Below the pieces are notes generated by a model. It saw nothing but the letters and a program-made list of their open reading frames with translations, had not been told where the DNA came from and made no database searches. Shown here piece after piece: positions 42,072-54,594 of a DNA stretch of 64,000 nt. The position numbers were made by a program, and so were the translations under genes. Source of the stretch: a virus. Lineage: Duplodnaviria; Caudoviricetes. The stretch covers positions 64,001 to 128,000 of IMG/VR virus record IMGVR_UViG_3300046526_000553. One strand, written 5' to 3'. Every line of letters starts with the position of its first letter. The first letter of the stretch is position 1.

Positions 42072-43539
42072 GATTAGTTGTCCCCATTTAAGAATAAATA
42101 CCACACATGACCAAATAAGTACATATTGACATTTATCTATTGTTGGTGTATTATACTGTGGACAACCTAACTGAAAGGAGTAAGTCATAATGGCGTTTAG
42201 GCGTGGATACCCTGAAAAGCTAAAGATAGCTAAAAGGGCTGGATTAGAGCCGACTAAGGATAGTGTACGGCTAATTAATAGTGTTTCAAATAAGAACCTG
42301 AAAAGGAAAGGAAAATTTGCCATATGATGTTATGGCATAGTTTGCTATATTAGCAACTCATTACATAACATTTCTATCATGTTACCAAAATTACAACATA
42401 ATTCTTACAACAAAATAATCGTTGTAATTTCTGGCATTTCAGGGTTCGTTCTCGGCGGGCGACAGATACCACCCCTGTAGAATTTTTCCTGTTGCCCCCG
42501 TCAAAAAAATTCCGTTGTCTGAAATTTTTTTGATTGACGAGCAAAATAAATTTGATTGAAGTGGAAAAAAAATTTAATTGATTAGAAGAAATTGATTACC
42601 CCCCGATTCAAACATACCCTACAATTTGATATTCTAAGACAAATGATTCCTGATATAGCTAGGAATTATTTCTAATCACCATCACTATCACTTGAGCTTT
42701 TGTGGGAAGTCAACATGATAATTCCAAAAGCCAATGTCCAACCACCTGCCACCAAATGGCTATGCATGAGCAAATAAACTCCTACGAGCACCAAGAATAT
42801 GCCAGCAGTAATATATAATATATATCTTAACCAGTTCATGCCATCAATCTCCTTGTTTATGAGGTGAAGATGATTTGAAATCAATAATTTCTGCTAAGTC
42901 CCATCTCAAGCTGGAATAATCGCCTTCAGATATCACTATGATGAATTTGTTAATCATTCTATTCTCGGTAATATCTCCCATATTTTTGCCTATCGATTTG
43001 GTTGAAAACTTCCCTAGAACCAAGGATGGGGTATTAATTTCGACCGCCCCCATTCCAAGAAGGGGGTACGGTTTCCTGGCTGGAATAACTTGACGGTCAG
43101 GCTGAAACCAAATTTCCAAAATCGATTTACTCTAGCGGGTTCGTTTCTCTTCACCACTTTCTTCCTTCTCTGCCGTAGACCAACGATTCTCAGATTGTGG
43201 AAAGGATATCGCATCAGCTGTGCCAATATATCTCAGTTCATACACATCATTGTATCTCTGTATCCTCACAGGATGGTCAATCGCCTCATTAAATATTCCT
43301 TTAGAATTGTGTAATATAGCCGTTATATTATATGTTTTTATCATCGTAGTTTCTCCTCCATCTCAAGATATTCTATCAACTGGTTGACCGCTACCACCAA
43401 ATCAGGCAGTACCTCCTCTATGGGTCGGGGTTTAGTTAACCCTTCGTTGAGTGTTTCTGACAAATCTACTTTATCTGGTAAGTTCATATTAATTTTCTCG
43501 TTGATTACCGACTAGCGTTAAACCTATTGGCTGAAAGAC

Positions 43540-44211
43540 CTAGCTTTTCTTGTCAGCTTTTTCTTCCTTCTCAAGCTGTTTCAGCTTCTCCACCACTTTA
43601 GCTTTATTCTCCTTGAATAATAACCTGAGCAGAATTATTTCACCTTGCCTGGTTAATTTACCACAATTATCTGTTATGCCAAACTTCCGAAATAATCTTT
43701 CGTCTGAGTCCAGCTCAAGGTCTTCTATCTTCCCTACAATCGTTTCATCACTCATACCTTTTCCTCCTACGTTATACACTTCGTTAAGTTTTTCGGTTAT
43801 CCCAGAATCTTTTCTAGCATCTATCGATATCGTTATTTTTTCCTCATCCACCGTCTCGAACTCATCTCTTCTTAGATACCAACTTTGACCGGTGTTTTTG
43901 CCAATATCATGAGCACCATAATCATCAAAAATATCTTTGGCAAGTTTATCTATTACGACAATTTGACCGATGTCAAAGTCGTGACCATACTTCTGTGCAA
44001 TAATCTTTACCCTTGAGCCTATTTTCAAGTAATCATCTTTTACCAAATCAATAGAACTTGCATGACCACAACATTCAAGACTAGAATCATTTATGCTTTT
44101 ATAGAGCGGGGTATCCCCATCAACAGTAATTTCGACGATATCACCTGCATTAAAACCATAGCACCCAGAATTCTCTGAAAACTGATACCACTGACCTTTT
44201 CTATATTTCAC
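43540..44211 (-). CDS. hypothetical protein, paralog of 49863-50294
   Basis: shared C-terminus L.L....RL....GI.D.C...T..G..IL. Confidence 0.65.
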   Translation of the reverse strand: MKYRKGQWYQFSENSGCYGFNAGDIVEITVDGDTPLYKSINDSSLECCGHASSIDLVKDDYLKIGSRVKIIAQKYGHDFDIGQIVVIDKLAKDIFDDYGAHDIGKNTGQSWYLRRDEFETVDEEKITISIDARKDSGITEKLNEVYNVGGKGMSDETIVGKIEDLELDSDERLFRKFGITDNCGKLTRQGEIILLRLLFKENKAKVVEKLKQLEKEEKADKKS

Positions 44212-44308
44212 TATACATCTCCTTTCTGCCTTGCTAGTCAGCAATCAACGAACAAATTGTTAATGAACTGTCTGCATTATACACCAACACTATACAATAA
44301 TCAAGCCA

Positions 44309-45427
44309 CTATGCTTCATTCTCTGCAGGAATCAAAAGATAATCTTCCATCGGAAGTGAATTTGACTCCTCATCTTGGTAATGTCTTGCGGTCACATAAT
44401 CAGCATCCTTCTTCTCGTTAATATATCCGGGATTTATAAACTTAACGAATTGTCTTTCGGTACTCGCATCATCCATCAGAAGGCAATATTCAGTTTCACC
44501 CGTATCACGGAAATTCCTGCATTCATACAAACGATTACCCTTAACCCCCGTATGGATTAATTTAGCTTTCAAACCTTTTAACATTTCATTTACCCCGAGT
44601 AAAGAAAAAGCCACTTCTCTCAAGTCATTATCTTCAATGCGCATTACTTCTTCGGCAGTTATAGATTTATCAATAATCTTTTGCCAGAGAGTCTTATCAA
44701 AGTTAAGTCCTTTAAGAAAATAGAACCGCTTACCGCCCTTCCATCTAATAGCAGGAGAAATCTCTGAGTGAAAACGATTACGCTCATCAATAAGCACTAA
44801 TGGAGTTGGAACAATGTATAGTATATTCTCCCATTCGACCCTATAGCCAGCACCAGCTTCGATAGCTTTCAAAAGTAATCCTGAATATTCAAGGTAAAGT
44901 CGGTCATTTTCGTTAGGCAATTTATCTTTATCTGGGTTCAAACAATACTCATATTCAAATACAAAATATTCAAATTCAACATCTAAAGCTGACCAATAAG
45001 CACTCCCAGCACTCCCAGCACTCCGAGCACTCCCAGCACTCCGAGCACTCCAAGCACTCCGAGCACTCCAAGCACTCCGAGCACTCCCAGCACTCCGAGC
45101 ACTCCGAGCACTCCCAGCACTCCGAGCACTCCGAGCACTCCCAGCACTCCGAGCACTCCGAGCACTCCCAGCACTCCCAGCACTCCCAGCACTCCAAGCA
45201 CTCCAAGCACTCCCAGCACTCCCAGCACTCCCAGCACTTTTTCGGAATTTATTAACAAAAGGGTCTTTTAACCATACTACTTTTTTAGGCCTAGGAAGAT
45301 TAAACAAATCGTAGGTTTTTAAGATAGATTCAGCAGCTTTTTCTTTATCTAAATTGAAATCTTTGCGCTCCACTAAAGCACACATCTTATCAATCAACAA
45401 TGCCGTATCTTCATGATAGTCAGCCAT
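44309..45427 (-). CDS. DUF6745-like protein with SA(G/R/W) repeat tract
   Basis: DERNRFHSEISPAIRW...YFL.G motif; partner gene upstream. Confidence 0.65.
   Translation of the reverse strand: MADYHEDTALLIDKMCALVERKDFNLDKEKAAESILKTYDLFNLPRPKKVVWLKDPFVNKFRKSAGSAGSAGSAWSAWSAGSAGSAGSARSARSAGSARSARSAGSARSARSAGSARSAWSARSAWSARSAGSARSAGSAGSAYWSALDVEFEYFVFEYEYCLNPDKDKLPNENDRLYLEYSGLLLKAIEAGAGYRVEWENILYIVPTPLVLIDERNRFHSEISPAIRWKGGKRFYFLKGLNFDKTLWQKIIDKSITAEEVMRIEDNDLREVAFSLLGVNEMLKGLKAKLIHTGVKGNRLYECRNFRDTGETEYCLLMDDASTERQFVKFINPGYINEKKDADYVTARHYQDEESNSLPMEDYLLIPAENEA
44996..45238 (-). repeat. 9-bp coding tandem repeat AGTGCT(G/C/T)GG, ~27 copies
   Basis: direct reading. Confidence 0.95.
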
Positions 45428-45430
45428 AAA

Positions 45431-45772
45431 CTAATCTTTCGAATTCCTGATTATTTTATCATATGGGTCATATTCGGTATCGTGATAACGCTTATAAATC
45501 CCAGCAGGCACTGTAAGCGTCCGGTGTTTATCGGTTGTTTTCTGGTGCGTTAAGTCAGTTGGTTTGAATAATCTGAAATATAATTCTTTCTTTTCAGTTT
45601 CGGTTACTTCAAATGTTTCACCTTCTAAAACGTGGTGATGCCCCGTTTCAGAATGCCCAACTATGAATTTATTATGTTTTTCGGTTTTGCCTTTTGGTAT
45701 ATTACCGACTGGTATTAGCATGATTTCTCCATGACGTATTGATAGCAATCGCTCTTTGTCAGGTTTTTTCAT
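45431..45772 (-). CDS. His-rich partner of DUF6745-type genes
   Basis: RHGEI, SETGHHHVL, H..L.VP.GIY...EYDP. Confidence 0.65.
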   Translation of the reverse strand: MKKPDKERLLSIRHGEIMLIPVGNIPKGKTEKHNKFIVGHSETGHHHVLEGETFEVTETEKKELYFRLFKPTDLTHQKTTDKHRTLTVPAGIYKRYHDTEYDPYDKIIRNSKD

Positions 45773-46018
45773 ATAATCTCCTCTTGATTAAATAGTATTC
45801 CCACTATACACCAACATCAATATTAATGTCAATGGTATTTATCCCATAGAGCCAGATATATAATTACTACCGCAAAAATCAGAATCCCCACAATAATACC
45901 ACCGTAAATTGGCAACAAAACTAGCCACCAGCTCCAATTTATAACTCCTACAAGCTTCAACACAATAAATATTAAACCTAGCGTCGATAGGAACCCCATT
46001 CCACCTGATGTAGTCGTG

Positions 46019-46354
46019 CTACTCATGAACTAATTTCCTTTTTTCTAGCATTGAATGAACGAACGATGCCCCGATTAGTAATACACCCATTAAACCTGTA
46101 ACCAGTTCAGGTATATCAATGATTGTCGTTGACAGTAGTAAAATCGCCAAGCTGCCGATTGCCCAAAAAGCTCCGTTTTCCAGATATTTGTACTCAGACA
46201 ACGTCCCTTTACGTACTAGATAAATCGTTAGGCTTCTGATAAAAAGTGCGCCTATTCCTAACCCAATGGCAATTAATAATATTTGGTTGCTAACCGCTAA
46301 AGCTGACAGAACTCCATTATGAAATATTACAGGGCTTAAAATGACTGGAAACAC
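46019..46354 (-). pseudogene. C-terminal fragment of DUF475 (TerC-related) membrane protein
   Basis: IAIGLGIGALFIRSLTIYLVRKGTLSEYKYLE.GAFWAIG; N-terminal two thirds missing. Confidence 0.65.
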
Positions 46355-48688
46355 TTCACATTATTTTAAGAAATCAGTGCCACCACACCAAGAACAAACA
46401 CAAATATCCCCGCCACAAAGGCTAAGATTATAGTTATTATCAAGACCCAAAGCATGATAGCATCAAAAGAACTCACAAATTTTTTACCTTTTCCTGCAAA
46501 ACCTCAGTATTAACGTGATACGAGCCTTGTGGCATTGAATCTTTAATCAATTCTAGCATTAGATCTTTTATCCGCTGTTTGGCTGTTTCTGGAGAGATAG
46601 TAGGATGGTCTTTGTAGGGATTACCGGCGTAAGTGCCGTCTGCCCAAACACCCTGAATAATATTGTCTAATTGGCTCATACATCAATTCCGGCACCTTGT
46701 AATAACTCTAATGCCGTGGGATATGTTTTATACCAACTTTGAAAATCTTCTTGAACATTATTCAAAGTCATATATTCTCCCTTATTCCGGGTATAATGAA
46801 TCTGTAACTTGACCATCCTACCTTCAACATAATCCAACTCTAACCTTTTAACCAAACCATCTTGCAAATTCATCACATCATCTTTGAAATCTTCAGGTTT
46901 GAATACGTGGTCTTTGATATAATGCAACTTGCCCAACCCTATAGGCTTTGAGGCATTCACCGCATTAGCGCATAGTTGCATCAGCTGTTTATCCGTAGCT
47001 TTGAATATTATCATGTTTTAACTCCTTAATCGCACGATGGTTGCCAACACTCCCAGCGCAAGGGCTGCAACTGTAAAAAATAATTCTAACCCGTTTGGCT
47101 TGCCGGTTATAACTCGAATTATAACTGACAGAGCATAAGAAACGCCAGCTGCGATTAATAGTTTTCCGGGAGTCATAGAGCTCTCACCTTTTGCAACAGA
47201 ACCGATTTCTTAATATTTTTCGAACGTGCTGTAGTTGAACTCTCAATCAATTTTAGAAACAGCGTTTTAACTGCCATATTAAATTCCTCATCTTCCTCAT
47301 GGGTTTCAGTATTTGTATAAGCGTTACAGATTTCATCTAATTTACTCATCGATAGTCTTTTTCTCAGCCCCCATCAGAGATTCTACAAAAGCATGAAGTG
47401 AATCATCTTGGGTACTCCAAAAATATGACTTGGCAGCATCAATAATCTGTTCGTTCAACGTATCAGATTTAACAGGTTCAAACGAATCTTTTATAGAGAT
47501 ACCTGCTTCGGGTGTAAGCTCTTCATCGGTTAATTCTGGGACAACTTCAGGAACAGATTTCTGTGTCTTCACGCCCCGAGTAGTATGATATGCAATTCTG
47601 AAGGGCTGAATGTAATCCTTGACAATCATACCTCGTTTGACCATGGTCTCTATGATATAACCCATGCTTTTAGGATTTCTCATGATTACCCCAGCGAATT
47701 CTGTATGTCTAATAGGAGTGCCAACTGGTTTGGATTCAATATAATCCATTATCTTTTCGAATTCTAGTTCTCTCTTCCTATCCTCAGTCATTTCATAATT
47801 CTTAGTTGCTGGTGTTAATGTTACTATTGATGCTTGCATTGTATTATCCTTGTGGTTATTAATTATATTTCTTCTCGATTAACCCAAATACTATCTGGAT
47901 TCTCTCGGTTCAGTTCTTCGGCTGCTTTGCCCAATTCCTCCTGGGAATCCTCTAGAAAGTCATTGGGTAAAAACATCTTGCTATCGCCTTTGATAAAAGT
48001 TAAACCATTTTCATGTAACAAAACGGTTATGCCATCTTTTTCGTAAATTGCTAAATCTTGTTCACCCATGGCTTTAATATACACCAACAATAAAGAAAAG
48101 TCAATGACTATACTTCCCGAACTAGATAGTAGCGGTTATTCGTTAGATGATTCACAATACATGAGCTGACGTATCTAAGGCGCTGACTGTTCATGGCAAC
48201 ATTACATCTTTGTTGGTAAGGTGGTTGTACAACACCGGTGTTGCCTTAATGAACGCAGTCTTTTTGTTATCCCTTCCGTAGTTTCGGCTGTTAGTTGTGA
48301 ACACTAATCGGTCTAGGGTCAACTTGACGGCGTTGACCAACCCGTTAATGTTCAAACTTGGGTCTGTATTGTAAATGTATTTGCAAATTAATTTCACCTG
48401 TGCTATATTAAAAATAGCGAGATACAGCAGATACGAGGCGGTAGCATAAAAACTACCGCCTTTCTCTTTTTAATCTGCGACCACTATTCCGTCTTGCGAG
48501 ATGCAACAGTAGTTATTTTTAGGGTATATCATCTTAACGAGAGGTGTCAACCTATTTTTGAATAATACGCCTATCCCCAGCCAAATGAGCTCGTCGTTGC
48601 TTCTGATAGTGTTTCCAACACAAATCCTTAGCCACACATTTATTACCACAATTTTCTACCTTGCACACCTTCCCATATTGCTGCATTT

Positions 48689-49234
48689 CTAATTCCCCAT
48701 ATCTGGCGCTGAAGCCGTACTAATTTGTGAAAGGTCTGGCGGAGGCGAATCGGATGGTTGAGGCGCAGGTGGTTGGACAGGGGGAGGAGTTACAGTCGGT
48801 GGAGCTGGGTTATCCACAGGCTGTGGAGGGATTGTGGTGGAAGGTTTAGGCTGCACATAATCCACTTCCTGCTCATGATGTTTATGACCATGCCTCCCAT
48901 GTTTTGAATAGTTATAATCACCTGAATAATTACTGTAATTATTGTTGTTGTATGACGGGCTTGTATAGTATTGCGAACCAGTATTTGAAGTATATTGGTT
49001 ATCTGTTGTATTAGCGTTGGAGGCACCATAGGGCTGAGCCCCGGCAGCTGAGCCCGGAATGATAGTAATCTGCTTGCTATTCACGAATGATGGTGGAGTC
49101 CATGGTTTATTAAATGGTGGGTTCTGGGTATCAGCTGAAGGTTTTTGGGTTGAACTTGGTATTAGGCTGATACATAAAAAAAATATCGCAACGGCGTAGA
49201 AGCACCGCTTTGGGGTTAAGTTAATGTATCTCAT
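48689..49234 (-). CDS. secreted Pro/Asn/Tyr-rich protein
   Basis: signal anchor, low complexity. Confidence 0.6.
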   Translation of the reverse strand: MRYINLTPKRCFYAVAIFFLCISLIPSSTQKPSADTQNPPFNKPWTPPSFVNSKQITIIPGSAAGAQPYGASNANTTDNQYTSNTGSQYYTSPSYNNNNYSNYSGDYNYSKHGRHGHKHHEQEVDYVQPKPSTTIPPQPVDNPAPPTVTPPPVQPPAPQPSDSPPPDLSQISTASAPDMGN

Positions 49235-50361
49235 CTCAGTTAATAGTATACTCCAATCTTAAATTATTTCTTTGATTTTTTTACCAATTTTATCGTCAAG
49301 TTTTTTACTGTTCTTTGTGCACAAAGATAATCCAAGCAGCACCTTCTTATCGTTTACAGTCATATAAGACTCTCGTAATTCATAGGTTGAACGGGTTTGG
49401 GAAGAAATCTGTTTAGCAAAAGAATTATTGAAGAATGTTATCTCCACGATGTTCTTGAACTCAGATATCTTGGCTGTACCGATTGGCGGGTTCACGTAAT
49501 CAAATTCCCACATAACCACTGGGTTAGAATCGTACTCGGATATATCTAACCCGTTTAGATTGAATATGAATGTTTTGGTCACAGCTAGTTTCCTTTCAAT
49601 GGTTAATTAGGCTCTGTGAAGCTCTGAAAGCGTGTCTGCGTTGTCTTAGAACAATAATTGGAGAGTTTAACGTTTGAAACCAAAATAGCCTTAGACGGGC
49701 TATATGTGCGTCTGCAGATATTCTGATTCTGTCGGATAGTTGGTGGTTTCTGGATAGGTGTAGGAATAATATTATGCTTAGTGTTAAGCATCCCGCCTAC
49801 AATTAATGCAAGCGGGGTTAACACGAATATTATCAGGATGTCTCTGAGAATACCTCTAATCATTATTTCTTAGCGTCTACCTTAGTTTTACGGTTCTCTT
49901 CCAACTGTTTCAAGTCTTTAATTAATGCTGCCATATTAGATTTCAGAATATATCGCCACAGAATAGTTTGACCTTCATCTGTGACATTCTGGCATTCATC
50001 AATAATTCCTGCCTCAGTTAATAATCTATCTTCCTCGCTAAGATTTAAGTTTTTAAGTTCATTACCAATATTACCATCTGACATATTGTCTCCTTGTTTA
50101 CTATTTATTGGCTCTATTTCATAATCACACATGGTATGAGAAGTAGAGTCTGGTCGTTCAGCACGACATTGATAACCGTCATCAATGTCATTAACCTGTG
50201 TTACAATTATTATTTGCCCAGGTTCAAAGTTTTGGCTAGAATCGCTCTTAACCCGAACCCTATCTCCAACTTCAGCCTTAAATCCTTTCATCAATTCCTC
50301 CCAATTAGTTAATAATATCCCTTAATATACACCAACACATTGGAAATGTCAAATATGTAAA

Positions 50362-50850
50362 CTATTCAAGATATGCTTGCAGATGAGGGTATTTTTTGGC
50401 TAAGAATTTCAGCGTTGAATCCGCTTTCATAACATTGCAATAAGCGCAGCTTGGCATCAGATTGGCTATGGAATATTTATGCTCGGGAAATCTGCTAGCA
50501 GGTAGAACATGGTCAAGCTCCATTTCCGAACCTACCAGCTTTCTCGGGCATTCAGGTGAAATTTGCAAATAACACGAATAATGTCCATTTTCAGGTGGAT
50601 TCATTTGATACCACAATTCTCTAGTTGCTAATCTCTTGATGCGGTCTTCTTTTGATTCTTCAGGGGCAATCTGTTTTACCCTAAAGGGGCAATTACGTGA
50701 GGTATGATGGGTTTTTCTTTCGCAAAAGCTACAGTATTGTAATTTGCCTTTCTGTTGTTGGAGAGTTCGCCTCCAACTTTGGCGGATTGATGATGTATAT
50801 TGTTGTAATTGTGGTTTTTTCGGTTGCTTGTTGTAATTATGTTTAGACAA
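50362..50850 (-). CDS. HNH endonuclease
   Basis: ELDHVLP...NLMPSCAYCNVMK. Confidence 0.8.
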   Translation of the reverse strand: MSKHNYNKQPKKPQLQQYTSSIRQSWRRTLQQQKGKLQYCSFCERKTHHTSRNCPFRVKQIAPEESKEDRIKRLATRELWYQMNPPENGHYSCYLQISPECPRKLVGSEMELDHVLPASRFPEHKYSIANLMPSCAYCNVMKADSTLKFLAKKYPHLQAYLE

Positions 50851-52735
50851 ACAAAGCGCTTCCTTTCTACTTGTATTTTAGCAAATTATTAGATATTTAT
50901 CTTGCGCCTACAATTTGAGCAAACCATTTTGCCGTCTTCTGACAAGATTATGTATGAACCGCAGCTGGGACACTTCATATAAGTGTCCCTTTTCTTGTCT
51001 GCTGCGCTATATGCCACGAAAGCCACCCCAAGCCCTATTATTTTCCACGCAGAAAAGTCTTTCGGAAGTATGAATACTATCACTGCCATCAGGATTATCC
51101 ACATGATGATAGTCCACAAAACAACGGGGCTATCGAAAAATTCACCAATTCTTTCAAACGTGTTCTTTTTCTTATCTTTGCTCGGTTGTACCATAGCCTT
51201 AACATACACCAACAGTATAATAAAGTCAAGCTAGCTCATTCGAAGAAATATTGTTCATGGCTATTGACCGTAATGAGATGAAAGCCATCATCATACATTT
51301 TTCGGAATATTTCATATCTTGTCTCGAATATATCATCATCAGCTATCTTACCACCGCCCAAAGCATCCCATGCCACCCATTTCCTCATCTCAGGATGATA
51401 AGAGGCTATTTTCAAACGAGGTTTCGGTTTTGATTGTTGAGGTATAGTTGGTAACTGGGTTGGATAAGGCGTATCTTGGGGATATTTCTGGGGAGTTGTC
51501 GGATATGGGAGATTATCATCAGGGAGATTAACACCGTGTTTTGGGATGAAATTGTCAAAATTCAATCCCATGGCTTACCAGCGTTTCCGCTCCGATTCAA
51601 TATCTTGTTGAAGCTTCCGTAAATCTGCTTGCGATTGTGAAATAAGCTCTAAACATGTAGAGACAAAAAATGCTGCCACTTCCTCTGCACCATCCCGGTT
51701 AACTGTACAACCTTTATCCGTAAGCATCTTGGAGATGACATCTGGTAATGCTAATGTTTCGGGTAATTTTTCAGTCTTTTTCTTCCGTTTCAGTGAGAGG
51801 ATTATTTGAAAAGGATTCCTGAAATCTATCATGGTACTTCTTCCTCATAAATAATTCCAGATTCCCTATCATCATGTTTCATCTGCTTGATGTCTTCACG
51901 AGCTCTATCTATAGCCTTATCTTTAGTGAAATAGACTCTCTTCTTGCTATCGACAATCGGAGCCCAATCTTCAGTCTCAATTTCTTTGACATAAACGGTA
52001 TAGGAATATCTAGGGAACACGAATCCATCCCTATCAATCACAAATTTGTAGCGCCTTTGCACAATTTCATGGTATCCCAAAAGTAAAGACAAAGCAACAT
52101 TGACACCATGATACTGTTAGTGTATATTGGGAAAAATGAATCTATTCCATAATCCATTCCATCAGGAAGAGAATAAAAATCAGAAAGTTATTGAAATGGC
52201 ACGTGAGGAAATGAATCAATTCGCCGAAGCTGCTGTATTACTGGATACATTACCTCACGGAGTCATAGTAGCCCGGCTGGATGAAAAGAAGAAAATACCG
52301 GGGCAGAAACGTGGATATCGATATGGTGCTCGGTTCAATAAAGGTAAGCGATATTACGGCGATACTTTACTGGAAGTCTTGCAATTGCTGCAGAAACATC
52401 ATGTAGAGCTTGAGCCCCTACATCTGATATACATAAACCAAGAAACAGACACTTAACACTAGTTTGGTGTTACGATAATCTTTGGTGCACTACATGTGGT
52501 GTCATGGCTTTATTTTTGAAAAAAGTGTTGCTAAATGGTTTGATTTGGGATTATAGTTACAAATAGACTGAAGTTTTTCGGTTACCGAAACTAAACGTAA
52601 AGACTTCAGCGAACATTTTATTAAAGATTAGGCGCAAGTAGGCTTGCGTTCGTGCTCGCTGTATGCTACGATAAGAATAGTTTCGGTAGTCGAGAACTTC
52701 AAAGCCTTTCTTGCCCTTCAAGAAGGGCTTTTCTC

Positions 52736-53395
52736 ATGACCATACGCATTGATAAAAATGAAAATTATACAACAATAGCTAACTTTGCATTGAATGACCC
52801 AAATCTATCTTTAAAAGCTAAAGGTTTATGGGCGTTTTTAATGAGCAAGCCAAATGACTGGAAGATAAGTTATCGTGGATTGATGTCACAGCTCAAAGAG
52901 GGACAATCAGCAATCCTTTCGGCTATGAAAGAGCTGGAAAAAGAAGGATATTTAGTTCGTGGGGAAAAATTTAGAATGCCTGGAGGAACTTTTAAACAAG
53001 ACGATTCAATTTTATTCGAAAAACCGTGCGTGGAAAATCTCAGCGCGGATTCTTCACGCACAAAAGTAAATACTGATAAAGTAAATACTGATAAATATAT
53101 TAATGATACATTTAAAACAAACAAAAATGGGTCAACTAATAAACCGCTACTGCAAAAACTAATAGAAATTATTAACCCTAACGAAAAAATAACACCTAGT
53201 AGATTAAACCATCTCTCAGGACGGCTTAATGACGGCTACATGCCGGAAGAACTTATTGGTGCAGCTAAAGAATTTGCCAAATCAGATTGGCATATGAAGT
53301 ATGGTCAGATGTCGATAGATAACTTATTAGCGCCCTCCAAAATTGGAAGATGGCACAATCAAGCTGTTAAGCCTAAAAAGAAAGTGATTTTCTGA
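52736..53395 (+). CDS. phage replication initiator (HTH)
   Basis: NYTTIAN..L.DPNLSLKAKGL.AFLMSKP.DW...AMKELEKEGYL; upstream of helicase. Confidence 0.85.
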   Translation: MTIRIDKNENYTTIANFALNDPNLSLKAKGLWAFLMSKPNDWKISYRGLMSQLKEGQSAILSAMKELEKEGYLVRGEKFRMPGGTFKQDDSILFEKPCVENLSADSSRTKVNTDKVNTDKYINDTFKTNKNGSTNKPLLQKLIEIINPNEKITPSRLNHLSGRLNDGYMPEELIGAAKEFAKSDWHMKYGQMSIDNLLAPSKIGRWHNQAVKPKKKVIF

Positions 53396-53605
53396 TATGA
53401 ATTACTTAACAGACATAATCAAAAATTATAAAGGCGAACCGGCAGAACGACTGGAAATAATTGCCGAACTAATAAAAAGCAACAAACAGCAGCAAGCCTA
53501 CATACCAGTATTGATTTTCCTGCAGCCCGAGCGGAAAGACGAGTTGGAATCCTGCTATGATGGAATGAATATTGAATTAAAGATATTATACAAGGAGCTG
53601 GACAA

Positions 53606-54517
53606 ATGGACGACTTCTTAAAAATTAAGCTTGATAAGTTAAGCGAAGATGACAGAACCAAAGCCATAAAATATCTGTTAGGAATTAAGGACTCTGAAAA
53701 AATAAAACGACAGGAAGAAATCGAACTGTCTTTGATGTCTGACTATACTGAAGAGGCAATCGAACTGAACAAAAAATGGGGTAAAATGCAGGGCTTATCC
53801 ACCGGCTATAAAAGCTTGGACATAATGACGCTGGGGCTCGTGCCAGGAGAACTGACCGTTGTGGCTGGAAAAACAAGCTACGGTAAAACAACCTTGGCAA
53901 TAAACATAGCCAATCAGATAGCACTACATGGGACTCCGGTTTTGTTCGTCACGCTTGAAATGACTAAAAAAGAAATAACGTCACGCTATATGAATATCAA
54001 CGGCGGTCTGACCGACAATTACTATAAAGTGGCTGCCGTGACAGTGTTCCAGATTAAAAACCGACTGAGCTGGAAATCGATTGCCCCGTTGATTTATACG
54101 GCTAAAGATTCCATGGGCGTGGGGCTCGTTGTAATTGACCATCTGCATTATTTCACCCGTGAATTGGATAAACTATCAGAAGATTTGGGTAGAATAACCA
54201 TGGAATTGAAAACGGCTGCCATCGAAAAAGATATACCAATCATGCTCATCTCGCATGTCAGACGTACTAATGACGAAGCCACTATAGATGACTTAAGGGG
54301 CTCATCATATATCGGGCAGGACGCCGATATCGTTTTGATGGTGGGGAGAGATAAAGACATACCAAATAAATTATTTGTTCAGATTCAGAAGAATAGAAAT
54401 CGGGGGTTTGATTATAATAATGATAAAGCCGAGCTGGATATCGATGGTATTAAGATTACCGATGCCACAAGTATAGAATATAAAAATTGGTATGAAGATA
54501 TACCGAAGGGCTGGTGA
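53606..54517 (+). CDS. dnaB: DnaB-like replicative helicase
   Basis: GLSTGYKSLD, AGKTSYGKT Walker A, LEM, VIDHL, DLRGSSYIGQDADIV, KNR. Confidence 0.9.
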   Translation: MDDFLKIKLDKLSEDDRTKAIKYLLGIKDSEKIKRQEEIELSLMSDYTEEAIELNKKWGKMQGLSTGYKSLDIMTLGLVPGELTVVAGKTSYGKTTLAINIANQIALHGTPVLFVTLEMTKKEITSRYMNINGGLTDNYYKVAAVTVFQIKNRLSWKSIAPLIYTAKDSMGVGLVVIDHLHYFTRELDKLSEDLGRITMELKTAAIEKDIPIMLISHVRRTNDEATIDDLRGSSYIGQDADIVLMVGRDKDIPNKLFVQIQKNRNRGFDYNNDKAELDIDGIKITDATSIEYKNWYEDIPKGW

Positions 54518-54594
54518 TGGAACACATTAGCACGATTTTAGAGCGTTATTACGCAGGTTTATTGAAAAAACGGAAAAGGGATTAACTATTAATT

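Noticed and set aside
44976-45258. ECWECS and VLG repeat ORFs
   Set aside because: alternative frames of the 9-bp repeat within 44309-45427
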